64,000 bases of DNA from an uncultured Chlamydiae bacterium (GTDB lineage Bacteria; Chlamydiota; Chlamydiia; Chlamydiales; JAJFMA01). The stretch is from NCBI GenBank assembly GCA_963713615.1, contig CAVQMM010000001.1:698708-762707 (forward strand), read 5' to 3'. The notes under the pieces are model-generated. The model saw nothing but the letters and a program-made list of their open reading frames with translations, had not been told where the DNA came from and searched no databases. The translations under genes were made by a program, and so were the position numbers. Below, piece by piece: positions 9,836 through 19,940 of the stretch (position 1 is the stretch's first letter; each line of letters opens with the position of its first letter).

Positions 9836-10237
9836 ATGGTCTTTGATTTATGCCCTTGTGGCAGCCAAAAGGTCTATGAAGTTTGCTGTGGACGGTATCA
9901 TCAGGGGATTCATCCTGAAGATGCGCTTGCTCTGATGCGTTCTCGTTACAGCGCCTATGCTAAGCATCTCGCCACTTACATTATCAAAACGACTCATCCC
10001 GCAAACCCTAGAACGTTGTCAGATGAGTTTGCCTGGGCTACCGAAATCCTTGCCTTTACAGCAAATACGCATTTTGACGAGCTGGTTATTCACGACTTTC
10101 GCGATGGTGAAAAGGTCGCTTATGTCAAATTTACTGCTCACCTGCGTCAGGGAGGGGGTGATGCATCCTTCACCGAAGAAAGTCGTTTCGAGAAAGTCAG
10201 TGGCTGGTGGTTTTACCATTCCGGTGTCGTGACTTGA
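9836..10237 (+). CDS. ychJ: YchJ-family (UPF0225) protein with SEC-C motif
   Basis: N-terminal CPCGSQKVYEVCCGRYH SEC-C-type zinc motif, then an NTF2-like domain, about 130 aa. Confidence 0.8.
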   Translation: MVFDLCPCGSQKVYEVCCGRYHQGIHPEDALALMRSRYSAYAKHLATYIIKTTHPANPRTLSDEFAWATEILAFTANTHFDELVIHDFRDGEKVAYVKFTAHLRQGGGDASFTEESRFEKVSGWWFYHSGVVT

Positions 10238-10243
10238 TCTTTT

Positions 10244-10365
10244 TAACGCAAAGACGCAGCGGTTCGTGAAAAAGTTTAACGCAAAGGCGCAAAGAAAAGC
10301 TCACACTCTTGCTTCACAACATCATTGATTGGAAAATTCGTTCGCTTTAAATTTTCACGAACCGG
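10244..10365. repeat. Intergenic repeat (taacgcaaagacgca word twice) with inverted repeat cggttcgtgaaaa / ttttcacgaaccg
   Basis: Direct reading. Shares the taacgc.aagacgcaaa word with 1929-1958. Confidence 0.5.
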
Positions 10366-10490
10366 ATTTGAGGCAAATCTGGCTCAATTCTATCTCATTA
10401 CTTATTTATCATACAATCGCCTTGACAATCGCCCTGCGATAGCTTGAGCTAATATTGACAAATATTTTCGAATGAAAGAAAATTTTTGGC

Positions 10491-13400
10491 ATGGAAAAAA
10501 TTAAATTGAACATGCACAGAAACTCGAAAAACGAGGGCTTTCCAAATGGGAGCTGGCCAGGGTATATGCCGACTCATTTTTCTTTTTCATTAGCCTATGA
10601 AAAGTTGCAAAATTGGCAATCGCGTTTCCCCTCTCTCCAGGATGAGCGTATTTTCAAAGATTTGAATCTGCTCTATTTGTCAGCCTCAGAGAAATTCCTG
10701 GATCACCGCAACGCGACGCATCTGGCTCGGCTAACACTGTCAATTCACTTTGTTCAAAAATCGCTTCAGAGGTCCTTTGCCCTTTCTTCGCATACCCGTC
10801 ATCTTGAAATCAAATGGATTCCTGCCGACCTCTCCTTTCCATTTTCTTCTAAGGCTGTCTTGGGATGTTTGGTAGGCTTTAACGTGATCAATCGATATGA
10901 ATTATTTGATGAAGAAAATGTTAGATTGGTAATCAAAAAAAATTACCCATGGTCAAAGATTGTTAAAGATAGCTTTTATAGCCATGTTCTGACTAATAAA
11001 AATCTTAAAATTATGTACTTTGAGATTGAGAAAGAAGATGCTTCTTTTTTTTCATTAGCTGAACGCCATGCCTTTGCTAGCAACTTGAAGAGCCAGATCA
11101 GAGGGAGCTTTCAAAAGCTTGCTCCTACTGTCTTCATGAGGCGTAACGAAGAAGAAGTCTACAAGACGATACTGACCTTGAGTCGAGAAATTCATTCAGT
11201 GGGCGATATGCCGCAGGTCTGGATTTCTTTTGAGCAACGCATAGAAGACGAGATCGTGTTTCTCGTTATTCTAGTTTATGTATCCTCTAATAGTGACCCC
11301 ATTTTGCCTGAACCTTTCACCTCTTCTGGAGATTACACCCTTGTTTCGGAGCGGCAGGTTAATGTGAAGCGGATGGAAGAGCACTTTATTAGGGCGCATG
11401 TGCTTCGTTTACATCTTAAGCGTACTTTGCCTTTCCTGAGGTCTGACAGCTCGCTCAACTTCTACGCGTGCAGGCAGAAGGCTGTCTCGATTATGACTTC
11501 TGCTATTGGAGAATTTCGTGACTACAATGGGGGCGCTCTCATAACACAACAGGAGCTACTGGAGAATTTCAAGAGAAGCTTCCCATTACTTGCCGCTAAA
11601 GATCCTGAGCTTATGGAAACGTTCTTCTATGGACTCACCCCTTTGGAAAAGCAAGCTCTGCTACCGGATGTCACGCTTGCCACACTTTTCCAGTATTTTT
11701 TGAATCATCAGTCGAGAAAGCTACCGACAAACCAGCCCTTTATATTTGAATTTTTTAGGAACGAACATGAAACTTACATGACCGTACAAGGGGTGGATAA
11801 ATCTTGGAAAGAGCTTATTTTAGAGACTCTTGAGAGGCGCGAATTTAGAAAATGCGATCTTGCATACACGGCTGTTACTAGCTCCGATAGTTTCTTCTTC
11901 CAAGCTGTGTTTTCTCACCAAAAAGATGGTGAGATTTTGATACAGGAAATAGAAAAACAGCTGGAGGAGCGATGCAAGGCAGTCAAAAGGAAACGGAGTC
12001 TGCGTATCGGGGGGGAATATGCGCTGGTTTCTCTAGACCCTCGAATAGGTGGAGACCTGGTTTCCAGCCAGACCTTAAAGCTGCTCTTTGAGGGCCTAAT
12101 GCGTATTGGTAAAGGTGGCCAATTGGAAAATGGCATAGCCGAATCAGTGAGTGTTTCCGACGACTTTAAACAATATATTTTTAAACTTCGTCCTGCGCGA
12201 TGGAATGACGGAACCTTCGTTACAGCTCACGATTTTGAATATTCTTGGAAGAAGATTCTCTCGCCAGCTTTTGAGACAACGTCTGCCTGCTTGTTTTATC
12301 CGATTATGTGCGCCAAGGAGGCCAAGGAAGGAAAGGTTTCTCTGGATCGGGTAGGTATTGCGGCTCTTGATGAACGTACGTTGAGGGTTGACCTCGCTCA
12401 CCCCACACCCTATTTTCTAGAACTGACCGCTCAATCGATTTGCTACCCTGTGCATCGAGGGATGGATCTGAAATCTCCTCAATGGCCGTATCAGGTAGGA
12501 CATAGTTATCCTTGTAATGGACCCTTTCAGCTAGCAATCAACGACCATAATCACCAGACCTATCGCTTGGTAAGAAATCCAGCCTATTGGGATGCTAACG
12601 CAGTTATTCTGGATGAAATCTTCCTGACACAAATGAACCCTCACCAAGCTTATCGCGCCTTTCAAAATGGAGAGCTGGACTGGATCGGTAATCCTTATGG
12701 AGGTTGGCATCCGTTTTATGTACCTCAGCAAGATGAGCGAATCATCTCTATTCCGAACGCATCGACCTATTGGCTTGAGTTAAATACATTAGACCCAGTG
12801 CTTAGACATCCTAAGGTGCGCCAAGCATTAGCTCGGGTGGTTGACCGCTCGCAATTAATTTCCGATGCCTACCTTTCCCTGACCCCGGCTTACTCTGTGT
12901 TATCAGAGAATGCATACTATAGTCCGCAAGCCTCTTTTCCACAGCAGGACGTGGAGGTTGCCCTGCAGCTTTTGCAAGAGGGTCTTCACGATCTAGGATT
13001 ATCCAAAGCAGAACAAGTATCATTGCAGCTGACGTTTCATCCTGGTGGATTTCAAGAAAGGATAGCCCTGCTTTTAACGAAGCAATTTCAGGATCTTTTG
13101 AACATTGAGTGTCGCCTTTACCCTTTGAGCTGGGATCTCCTTTTTTCTAAACTGGCTAAGAATGAATTTCAGCTGAGTTTGACAGGTTGGATACCTCGAA
13201 CTAGCGATCCCATTACAACCCTAAACCACTTTCAAAAAAAACTTGATTTTACGAATTGGGACGATCCTCTATTTCACCAATGGCTAAGCTTAAGCGACCA
13301 AGAAATCAATCACTCTCAACGCCTGATCTATCTGATGCTTGCAGAAGAAAGACTGTGCCAAGAAGTGCCAGTAATTCCGCTCTTCCATCTAACTTATCAG

Positions 13401-13496
13401 GCCCTTGTTAGAAGAGGTTTTCAACTCACTCACTTCTATTCAACAGACTTAGCCAGTATCGACAACCAAGAAACCTGTGGCATAAAAAATGGGTGA
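10491..13496 (+). CDS. Family-5 (OppA/DppA-like) solute-binding domain fused to a ~500-aa N-terminal domain of unknown function; no N-terminal signal peptide seen
   Basis: C-terminal half (from about LRIGGEYALVSLDPR) has SBP_bac_5 hallmarks: TLKLLFEGLMR, ARWNDGTFVTAHDFEYSWKKIL, YRLVRNPAYWD. The N-terminal half is unrecognisable and hydrophilic at its start. Confidence 0.75.
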   Translation: MEKIKLNMHRNSKNEGFPNGSWPGYMPTHFSFSLAYEKLQNWQSRFPSLQDERIFKDLNLLYLSASEKFLDHRNATHLARLTLSIHFVQKSLQRSFALSSHTRHLEIKWIPADLSFPFSSKAVLGCLVGFNVINRYELFDEENVRLVIKKNYPWSKIVKDSFYSHVLTNKNLKIMYFEIEKEDASFFSLAERHAFASNLKSQIRGSFQKLAPTVFMRRNEEEVYKTILTLSREIHSVGDMPQVWISFEQRIEDEIVFLVILVYVSSNSDPILPEPFTSSGDYTLVSERQVNVKRMEEHFIRAHVLRLHLKRTLPFLRSDSSLNFYACRQKAVSIMTSAIGEFRDYNGGALITQQELLENFKRSFPLLAAKDPELMETFFYGLTPLEKQALLPDVTLATLFQYFLNHQSRKLPTNQPFIFEFFRNEHETYMTVQGVDKSWKELILETLERREFRKCDLAYTAVTSSDSFFFQAVFSHQKDGEILIQEIEKQLEERCKAVKRKRSLRIGGEYALVSLDPRIGGDLVSSQTLKLLFEGLMRIGKGGQLENGIAESVSVSDDFKQYIFKLRPARWNDGTFVTAHDFEYSWKKILSPAFETTSACLFYPIMCAKEAKEGKVSLDRVGIAALDERTLRVDLAHPTPYFLELTAQSICYPVHRGMDLKSPQWPYQVGHSYPCNGPFQLAINDHNHQTYRLVRNPAYWDANAVILDEIFLTQMNPHQAYRAFQNGELDWIGNPYGGWHPFYVPQQDERIISIPNASTYWLELNTLDPVLRHPKVRQALARVVDRSQLISDAYLSLTPAYSVLSENAYYSPQASFPQQDVEVALQLLQEGLHDLGLSKAEQVSLQLTFHPGGFQERIALLLTKQFQDLLNIECRLYPLSWDLLFSKLAKNEFQLSLTGWIPRTSDPITTLNHFQKKLDFTNWDDPLFHQWLSLSDQEINHSQRLIYLMLAEERLCQEVPVIPLFHLTYQALVRRGFQLTHFYSTDLASIDNQETCGIKNG

Positions 13497-14851
13497 ATAT
13501 GACTAATTCTGAGTCCAAGTACTTTACTGGAGAGTTTAAGGAAATCTGCATTCTGTTTCTGCCTATTGCTCTTACCACGCTTTCAGGCAGTCTTGTGCTA
13601 TTAGTAGAAAGGTTGTTTTTTGCGCTCAGTTCAGTGGAGGTCATGGAGGCTGCAACCGGCGTGATCTATATCTACTCTATCTTTCAAACTTCCTGCGTGG
13701 TCCTAGCCATGATGGCTCAAGTCTTTGTAGGTAGGCACCAAGGAGCTCAAGATGTTGCGGTGATAGGAAGCGTCATTTGGCAATTTATTTGGTTTTCCCT
13801 ACTATCTACAGCGGTTACCGTTCCTCTAGGCTATCTTTGTGGCCAATGGTATTTCGTAGGTACAGTAATCGAACAAAGCGCCTTACCTTATTTCCATTTC
13901 CTGTTGTTCATCAATTTTTTATACCCTCTTGGTGCTAGCCTTTCCTCCTTTTACATCGGTAGGGGAAGAACTCAGCTCATTTTATTAGCCACTCTAGGCA
14001 GCAATGTACTCAATTTGCTGCTCGCCTATGTGTTGATTCTCGGGATTGAAGGCATCATTCCGCCTCTAGGATTGATCGGGGGCGCAATCAGCAACCTTGT
14101 GGCACAGGGTCTATTTTGTCTTATTCTCTTCTGGATTTTTCTATTGCCGAAACATGCTCGAATTTATGGGACATACAACTGGCACCTCTGCACAAGCCTT
14201 TTTTGGGAGTGTGTTCATCCAGGAATTCTACGCGCTTTAAATCGCATTTCGGTCGATTTTTGCTGGGCCTCTATTGCCGCGTTAATGATTGCAAGACAAG
14301 GCGATTACCTTTTGATTTGGTCGCTCGGAAGTACAATTGGGCTTTTTTTACCCTTTGTTGGTGAAGCTGTTTGCCAGGCCTTGACGACAGTGTGTTCCAA
14401 TATTGTGGGTACTAAGAACTTTCAGCTGCTCTCAAAGGCTAGCTTATCAGGCTTTTCACTGGTCTTTATTTTTATCGTGTTGTTGGGAATTCCACTGGTG
14501 ATTTTTCCTGAGGTTACATTCAAAACGTTGTTTCCACAGATTGTTCTCGCTGAAGAGTCGGTGAGGAATGTCTTTTTTGGGCTATGGCTCACCTTTAACT
14601 TTGCGACTCTAGCGTATATTCCGGTCAGTCTAATATTGGCATTCAAAGACACCAAGTTTTTTTTGATCACCGGCCTGTCCAGTTGGATCAGCAGTTATTT
14701 GATCATGTATCTCGCCTTGGAGGAATTTGCGCTGCCCGCTAATCAATGTTGGACTGTACTGAGTTTCTCCAATCTCGCGCACCTACTGATGTACCTTTGG
14801 CGTGCTCACTGGTTAGGTTCTCAGCAAGGAGTGCTGCATTATAACACGTAA
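13493..14851 (+). CDS. MATE/MOP-superfamily polytopic membrane transporter
   Basis: About 12 predicted TM helices in 452 aa, with a MATE-like N-terminal lobe (FKEICILFLPIALTTLSGSL...QVFVGRHQGAQD). GTG 13493 / ATG 13499 overlaps the stop (13494-13496) of the upstream gene. Confidence 0.55.
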   Translation: MNMTNSESKYFTGEFKEICILFLPIALTTLSGSLVLLVERLFFALSSVEVMEAATGVIYIYSIFQTSCVVLAMMAQVFVGRHQGAQDVAVIGSVIWQFIWFSLLSTAVTVPLGYLCGQWYFVGTVIEQSALPYFHFLLFINFLYPLGASLSSFYIGRGRTQLILLATLGSNVLNLLLAYVLILGIEGIIPPLGLIGGAISNLVAQGLFCLILFWIFLLPKHARIYGTYNWHLCTSLFWECVHPGILRALNRISVDFCWASIAALMIARQGDYLLIWSLGSTIGLFLPFVGEAVCQALTTVCSNIVGTKNFQLLSKASLSGFSLVFIFIVLLGIPLVIFPEVTFKTLFPQIVLAEESVRNVFFGLWLTFNFATLAYIPVSLILAFKDTKFFLITGLSSWISSYLIMYLALEEFALPANQCWTVLSFSNLAHLLMYLWRAHWLGSQQGVLHYNT

Positions 14852-15043
14852 CGATGTCCTGCAATATACCGTAACTTTTTTGAGAGGCATGAAACATGAG
14901 AGCTCCATAACGTTAAACCTAGAATGGACAGTTCAAAACATCATTAATACCGATAAATCAAAACGTCAGTACTTTTGACGGTTTTGAACTGTCAGATAGG
15001 CCTCAACCTAAGAAGCCCTTTGGGCATATATTTCAGTGCTTTA

Positions 15044-15345
15044 GGGCCTCACAATTATCACTCGGCGCGCAGCGCTTTGGAGTGCGTGTCGCTCGCGACC
15101 GCTTTGGATTTGGGTGAACTAGGCATTGCAAGAAACGTAACCTTTCGCTCTAGGGGTAACTGTGGGGGTTTAAGCCTCCAAAGAACGGTGCGCGATTCAA
15201 TAGGCTCGCCCAAATCCAAAGCGGTCGCGAGCGACACGCACTCCAAAGCGCTGCGCGCCGAGATACGATTGTGAGGGCGCAGTTAGTTGCTTAAGTTGAT
15301 GCCTATGACTCCAAAGCGCTGCGCGCCGAGATACGATTGTGGGGG
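15044..15345. repeat. Family-2 palindromic element (~70-bp arms) plus an extra direct copy of the terminal word ctccaaagcgctgcgcgccgagatacgattgtg
   Basis: Left arm cctcacaattatcactcggcgcgcagcgctttggagtgcgtgtcgctcgcgaccgctttggatttggg. Its reverse complement lies at 15208-15278. The word is repeated at 15309-15345. Confidence 0.85.
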
Positions 15346-15374
15346 CTTAGGAAGGGGTAAAATCTGTGTCTCCT

Positions 15375-16589
15375 TTATCCTAGCCATTCCTTTAGGCGTC
15401 GTGCGGCTTCGACGATGTCATCGCGTTTACCGAGGGCGCTCATGCGCACAAAGCCTTCGCCACTGGGGCCAAAGCCTACTCCTGGGGTCGTCACGAGTTC
15501 TAATTTATCCAGCAGTAGTTCAAAAGTCTCCCACGAACGCTTACCCGCAAACTTTACCCACAGGTAGGGAGCATGGTCGCCTCCATAAACTTCACGCCCT
15601 TCTTTAAGGACAGCAGCCTTAAGAATTGCGGCATTTTCCATGTAATAACGCAGAATGGTCTGCGTTTGTTCCATACCTTTATCTGTCAGTAGAGCAAAAG
15701 CCCCCTCTTGGGCGATGTTGCAAGCTCCGTTAAATATCGTACAGCTCACACGTTCCCAGTCGGCATGCACGGAAAAGCCTCCGTCGAAAGTGAGTTCTTT
15801 GGGGATGATGGTCCATCCTAACCGGACTCCTGTAAAGCCTGCCAGCTTGGAGAAGGATCCCACCTCTATGGCTACTTCACGGGCCCCAGCGATCTCAAGG
15901 ATGGATCGAGGGTATTCGTCGCCCTGAATAAAAGCTGCATAGGCGCTATCATAAACGATAATGGAGCCATTTTTTTTGGCGAATACGACCAAGTCCTCTA
16001 ACTGTTTTCGTGTTGCCACAGCCCCTGTAGGGTTGTTAGGGGAACAAAAATAGATGAGATCCGTTTTTGGAGCTTGCTTTAAGCTAGGAAAGAAGGAATT
16101 GGCTGGCGTACAGGGGAAATAGATAATCCCTTCATAGCCACTACTAGCGGCGTCGTAACCACCTGTGATGCCGCCGATGACCGCGCTGTCGACGTATACG
16201 GGATAGGCAGGGTCTTGCAACCCCACGGTCACTCCACGTCCAAATAAGGCCTGTAGGCGACCCAGGTCGCACTTGGCACCATCGGAGATGAATATTTCGT
16301 CGGCATTCACGCGTCCCTGGTAGATTCTATCGGCAATACGTTCGCGCAATGGCGCCAAGCCCTTCTCAGGGCCGTAGCCAGTGTAGGTGGCGGGGTTGCC
16401 CAGGTCACGCGCTGCCCGGATGAACCCCTCGATAGCGGCGGCAGGAATGGGCTGGGTGGTATCACCGATTCCTAGGCTGATGAGCTTAGCATCGGGCCTT
16501 TCTTGAAGAAAGGTGCGCTTGCGTCGATTGATCTCTGGAAAGAGGTAGCCACCTTGGAGTTTAGCGATATCGGGATTTCTTTTAACCAT
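15375..16589 (-). CDS. dapL: LL-diaminopimelate aminotransferase
   Basis: N-terminus NPDIAKLQGGYLFPEINRRK, the PLP-lysine context GSFSKLAGFTGVRLGW, and a ~400-aa class-I aminotransferase fold. Embedded in a lysine biosynthesis operon. Confidence 0.9.
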   Translation of the reverse strand: MVKRNPDIAKLQGGYLFPEINRRKRTFLQERPDAKLISLGIGDTTQPIPAAAIEGFIRAARDLGNPATYTGYGPEKGLAPLRERIADRIYQGRVNADEIFISDGAKCDLGRLQALFGRGVTVGLQDPAYPVYVDSAVIGGITGGYDAASSGYEGIIYFPCTPANSFFPSLKQAPKTDLIYFCSPNNPTGAVATRKQLEDLVVFAKKNGSIIVYDSAYAAFIQGDEYPRSILEIAGAREVAIEVGSFSKLAGFTGVRLGWTIIPKELTFDGGFSVHADWERVSCTIFNGACNIAQEGAFALLTDKGMEQTQTILRYYMENAAILKAAVLKEGREVYGGDHAPYLWVKFAGKRSWETFELLLDKLELVTTPGVGFGPSGEGFVRMSALGKRDDIVEAARRLKEWLG

Positions 16590-16601
16590 AGTAGCTACTC
16601 C

Positions 16602-17903
16602 TTATTCTAGACAAGATAATGGGATTTCGCGACCACGGAGTAAGTCTTCAGTGGTTTCACGAGCTGTAATGAGTTCTGCTTTTCCATCGCAAACAAGCAC
16701 TTCAGCAGATTTTGGTTGTGTATTGTATTGACTGCTCATGACATGGCCATAGGCACCCACATCGGTCAACACTAACACATCTCCGACGTCTATGCCTGCA
16801 GGAAGAAGGCGGTCTTTAGCGAGCATGTCGGTATTTTCACAGACTTGTCCCACCACATGCACAGGCTGATCACACACAGCATGAAGATTCTTAGCGTAAT
16901 AGATGTGGTGATAGGCATCATATAGGGCTGGACGAAGCAACGTGTGCATTCCCGCATCTATGCCAATGAACGTTTTTTTGGAACGTTTAACCGCTGCTAC
17001 ACCTGTTAGCAGGAGTCCCGCATCTCCAACGAGGTAACGTCCTGGCTCCTGAAGAAGCCTGGGCTGCCCAAGGCCATATTCTTTCACACGGTCGACGAAG
17101 GTTGTCACAACTTGTTCGGCTACAGCGTTGATGTCTAAAGGTTCCTCATGGGGTCTGTAGGGAATGCCCAAGGAGCCTCCGATATCGATGAAGTCGAAGG
17201 TGATGTCCAGCTTACGTGCAATCGGTCCCACAATATCTAGAAGGTGTCCGACAATAGCGCTGAAGTATGCTGGAGACAAGATATTTGAACCTGTCATCAT
17301 ATGTACGCCAAAGCGACGCACCCCAAATTTCTTGGCTATGGCATAGGCTTCTTCAGCTTGCTCCGCACAGATGCCAAACTTGGCGTCTGGGCCTGCGAAG
17401 ACTAAGCCTTCCTGCCCTGAGCTAGCCTTGCCCGGATTGATACGTAGGCAGAGGCTGTCCAAGGGAGCTAGGCCTTCCAGACGAAGGAGCTGGCTGATAT
17501 CGTCTACGTTCAGCATAATGCCTTGGCGTACGACTGCCTCCATGTCTTTAATGGATTGGTAGACGCCGGAAAAAAGCATGTTGTGAGGTTGAATGCCGGC
17601 ACGTTTGGCCACGGCGATTTCATGGACACCGGCGCAGTCGGCTCCGACGCCTTGATTAGCCAAGATCTTGACTATGGCTGGATGGTTATTGGCCTTGACG
17701 GCATAGAAAAGATCAAAGCGGGGATAGTGCCTTCGATAGGCTTGCAAAAGGCGCTGCGCATTGTCTTCGATGCGGCGACGGCTATACACATAGGTTGGTG
17801 TGCCGAAGCGGTCCGCTAGCTCATTGATGTCGCAGCCGTCGAAATATAGGCGAGAACCTCGCTCTTGTAACTGAGGAATATTGTGCCAGATAGGTCTAGT
17901 CAT
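16602..17903 (-). CDS. lysA: Diaminopimelate decarboxylase
   Basis: FGTPTYVYS, FYAVKANNHPAIV (PLP Lys), and GGSLGIPY are fold-III decarboxylase motifs. Start chosen at ATG 17903 (MTRPIW...), overlapping the asd stop by 8 nt. Confidence 0.9.
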   Translation of the reverse strand: MTRPIWHNIPQLQERGSRLYFDGCDINELADRFGTPTYVYSRRRIEDNAQRLLQAYRRHYPRFDLFYAVKANNHPAIVKILANQGVGADCAGVHEIAVAKRAGIQPHNMLFSGVYQSIKDMEAVVRQGIMLNVDDISQLLRLEGLAPLDSLCLRINPGKASSGQEGLVFAGPDAKFGICAEQAEEAYAIAKKFGVRRFGVHMMTGSNILSPAYFSAIVGHLLDIVGPIARKLDITFDFIDIGGSLGIPYRPHEEPLDINAVAEQVVTTFVDRVKEYGLGQPRLLQEPGRYLVGDAGLLLTGVAAVKRSKKTFIGIDAGMHTLLRPALYDAYHHIYYAKNLHAVCDQPVHVVGQVCENTDMLAKDRLLPAGIDVGDVLVLTDVGAYGHVMSSQYNTQPKSAEVLVCDGKAELITARETTEDLLRGREIPLSCLE

Positions 17904-18993
17904 TGTGCTGCTCTCCCGACTCTGCGATATAGTGATGTTTAGCCAAGAGTTCGGCGATGAGTACTCCTCCACCCGCTGCACCGCGTACTGCATTGTGTGA
18001 CAGACCCACAAAGCGATAGTGGAAGAGAGGGCAGGGGCGCAGGCGTCCAACAGTTACTGCCATGCCATTGCCAGCATTCCTGTCTAGGCGGGGCTGAGGG
18101 CGGTCCGGATTTGCATCGTAGACGATGACCTGGGTTGGAGCCGTTGGAAGGTCGAGCTTTTGGGGTTCGCCACGAAACTCCAGCCAAGTTGTTAGTATAT
18201 CCTCGGGAGTGGGCTTGCGCTTAAACAAAACCGACACACAAGCCATATGGCCGTCGCATACCGGAACACGGTTGCAATGAGCGGAAATGACAACGTCGTT
18301 AGCATTGACAATGCGGTCTCCTTCTATCTTACCCAATACTTTTAAGGGTTCCCATTCGGATTTTTCTTCCTCACCGGAGATGTAGGGGATCACATTGTCA
18401 GTGATGTCCAGGGCGGGTACACCGGGATATCCAGCGCCACTAACAGCCTGCATTGTGGTGACGACGACTTTATCCAATCCAAATTTTTGGCAAAGCGGCC
18501 AAAGGGGAATCAAATAGCTTTGGATGGAACAGTTTGGTTTTACAGCGATAAAACCAGAGTTCCATCCGCGTCGGCGTTTTTGGGCTGCGAGAATATCGAG
18601 ATGGTTGGGGTTGATTTCGGGAATAATCATCGGGACATCGGGGTCTCTTCGATGGAACGATGCATTAGAAACCACCCCGAGGCCAGCCTGAGCGTAGCGC
18701 TGTTCGAAGGCTTCGGCAATGTCACTGCCTACCGCCGAGAAAACTAGGCGGCAGCGCTGCTTTGCCACATCTAGGGCATCTAAAGTATGAACCGTTAATT
18801 TTGCGATATTCTCTGGAATGGGTTGTGGCTGGCGCCATCGTCCTGCTACAGCGTCACCATAGCATTGATTTGCTGAACGCTGTGACGATGCTAGAAAAGT
18901 CACTTCAAACCAGGGATGGTCAGCCAAGAGTTGTATATACTGCTGTCCGACGACGCCTGTGGCTCCTAAAACTCCAACGGGTATTTTAGTCAT
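17896..18993 (-). CDS. asd: Aspartate-semialdehyde dehydrogenase
   Basis: Rossmann motif VGVLGATGVVGQ and active-site region IAVKPNCSIQ. ATG 18993 is preceded by AAGGAG and overlaps the dapA stop by 8 nt. Confidence 0.9.
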   Translation of the reverse strand: MTKIPVGVLGATGVVGQQYIQLLADHPWFEVTFLASSQRSANQCYGDAVAGRWRQPQPIPENIAKLTVHTLDALDVAKQRCRLVFSAVGSDIAEAFEQRYAQAGLGVVSNASFHRRDPDVPMIIPEINPNHLDILAAQKRRRGWNSGFIAVKPNCSIQSYLIPLWPLCQKFGLDKVVVTTMQAVSGAGYPGVPALDITDNVIPYISGEEEKSEWEPLKVLGKIEGDRIVNANDVVISAHCNRVPVCDGHMACVSVLFKRKPTPEDILTTWLEFRGEPQKLDLPTAPTQVIVYDANPDRPQPRLDRNAGNGMAVTVGRLRPCPLFHYRFVGLSHNAVRGAAGGGVLIAELLAKHHYIAESGEQHND

Positions 18994-19891
18994 GGCAGAC
19001 TCCTTGGTGAGCAAATGTGAGGTTTAGACTTTCCATAGCTTGTATCAGAGACTTCCTGGTCTCTTGGCGCACACTACAGAGGGGTAGACGGCATGGGCCG
19101 GCTGCTTTGCCAAACAATTGCATCATCTCTTTGATTGGCATGGGATTGGTCTCCGCACACGAAGCCTCAAAGAGTGGCATGAGGGCTAGATGCAGCCGCT
19201 GTGCTTCTGCTAGGTTGCCGTTTAGTATCGCATTGGTCAGCGCAAGCATTTGCGTAGGAACCAAGTTGCTGACCACAGAGATAGCACCATGTCCTCCCAG
19301 AGCCATCATGGGTAAGGTAAATGAGTCATTACCGGTGAACAAGCTGAAGCGGTTGCGATCCATAACTTTTAGGTAGTTAGAGACCTGATCTGTGCAACTT
19401 GTGCAGTCTTTAAGGCCAACGACCGTATGGACTTGGCTCAGATGCGCAAGTGTTTCTGGCAGCAAGTTGGTGCCCGTCCTTCCTGGGTGGTTATATAAGA
19501 TAAGAGGAAGATCTACGGCATCAGCAATGGCTTCGATATGCAGGATTAGCCCCTTCTGAGATGGCCTGTTATAGTAGGGCATGACCACCAAAGCATAATC
19601 AGCTCCTAATTCCTGTGCCCTAATGGTATTTGCTATGGTCGACCGTGTGCAATAGTCTCCTGTGGCAACGATGATCGGCAGTTTACCTTTTGCTTCAGCC
19701 ACCGTGATATTGATGATGAGTTCGCATTCTCTATCAGTCAACGTGGGAGCTTCGCCAGTTGTTCCTAGAGCTACCAGTCCCGATACACCTGCAGTGATCT
19801 GGTCCTGGATATTTGCTGAAAGCCCCTCTTCGTCAATACAGTTCCCTTGGAAGGGTGTGACGAGGGCTGTGATTACACCTTGTAAAGGCAT
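18986..19891 (-). CDS. dapA: 4-hydroxy-tetrahydrodipicolinate synthase
   Basis: GVITALVTPF, GLVALGTTGEAPTL, YNRPSQ and GLKD (Schiff-base Lys context). ATG 19891 is preceded by AAGGAG. Confidence 0.9.
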   Translation of the reverse strand: MPLQGVITALVTPFQGNCIDEEGLSANIQDQITAGVSGLVALGTTGEAPTLTDRECELIINITVAEAKGKLPIIVATGDYCTRSTIANTIRAQELGADYALVVMPYYNRPSQKGLILHIEAIADAVDLPLILYNHPGRTGTNLLPETLAHLSQVHTVVGLKDCTSCTDQVSNYLKVMDRNRFSLFTGNDSFTLPMMALGGHGAISVVSNLVPTQMLALTNAILNGNLAEAQRLHLALMPLFEASCAETNPMPIKEMMQLFGKAAGPCRLPLCSVRQETRKSLIQAMESLNLTFAHQGVCHD

Positions 19892-19940
19892 GATGTTCTC
19901 CTTGTTTGCGTTAATTATCCATATTTTTGAGTTCATTTCG

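Noticed and set aside
14975-15274. ORFs 14975..15274 (+) and 15058..15246 (-) encoding similar peptides
   Set aside because: Both lie entirely inside the family-2 palindrome. The mirrored peptides (ECVSLATALDLGE...) are a trivial consequence of the DNA symmetry, not evidence of coding.
17904-18050. N-terminal 49-aa extension of lysA (ORF start 18050), and similar extensions of asd (19014), dapA (19936) and the OMF gene (63403)
   Set aside because: The extensions overlap the upstream genes or repeat elements. Internal ATGs with AAGGAG-type ribosome-binding sites (asd, dapA) or a plausible one (lysA) give N-termini matching the enzyme families, and for the OMF gene ATG 63304 gives a clean signal peptide.
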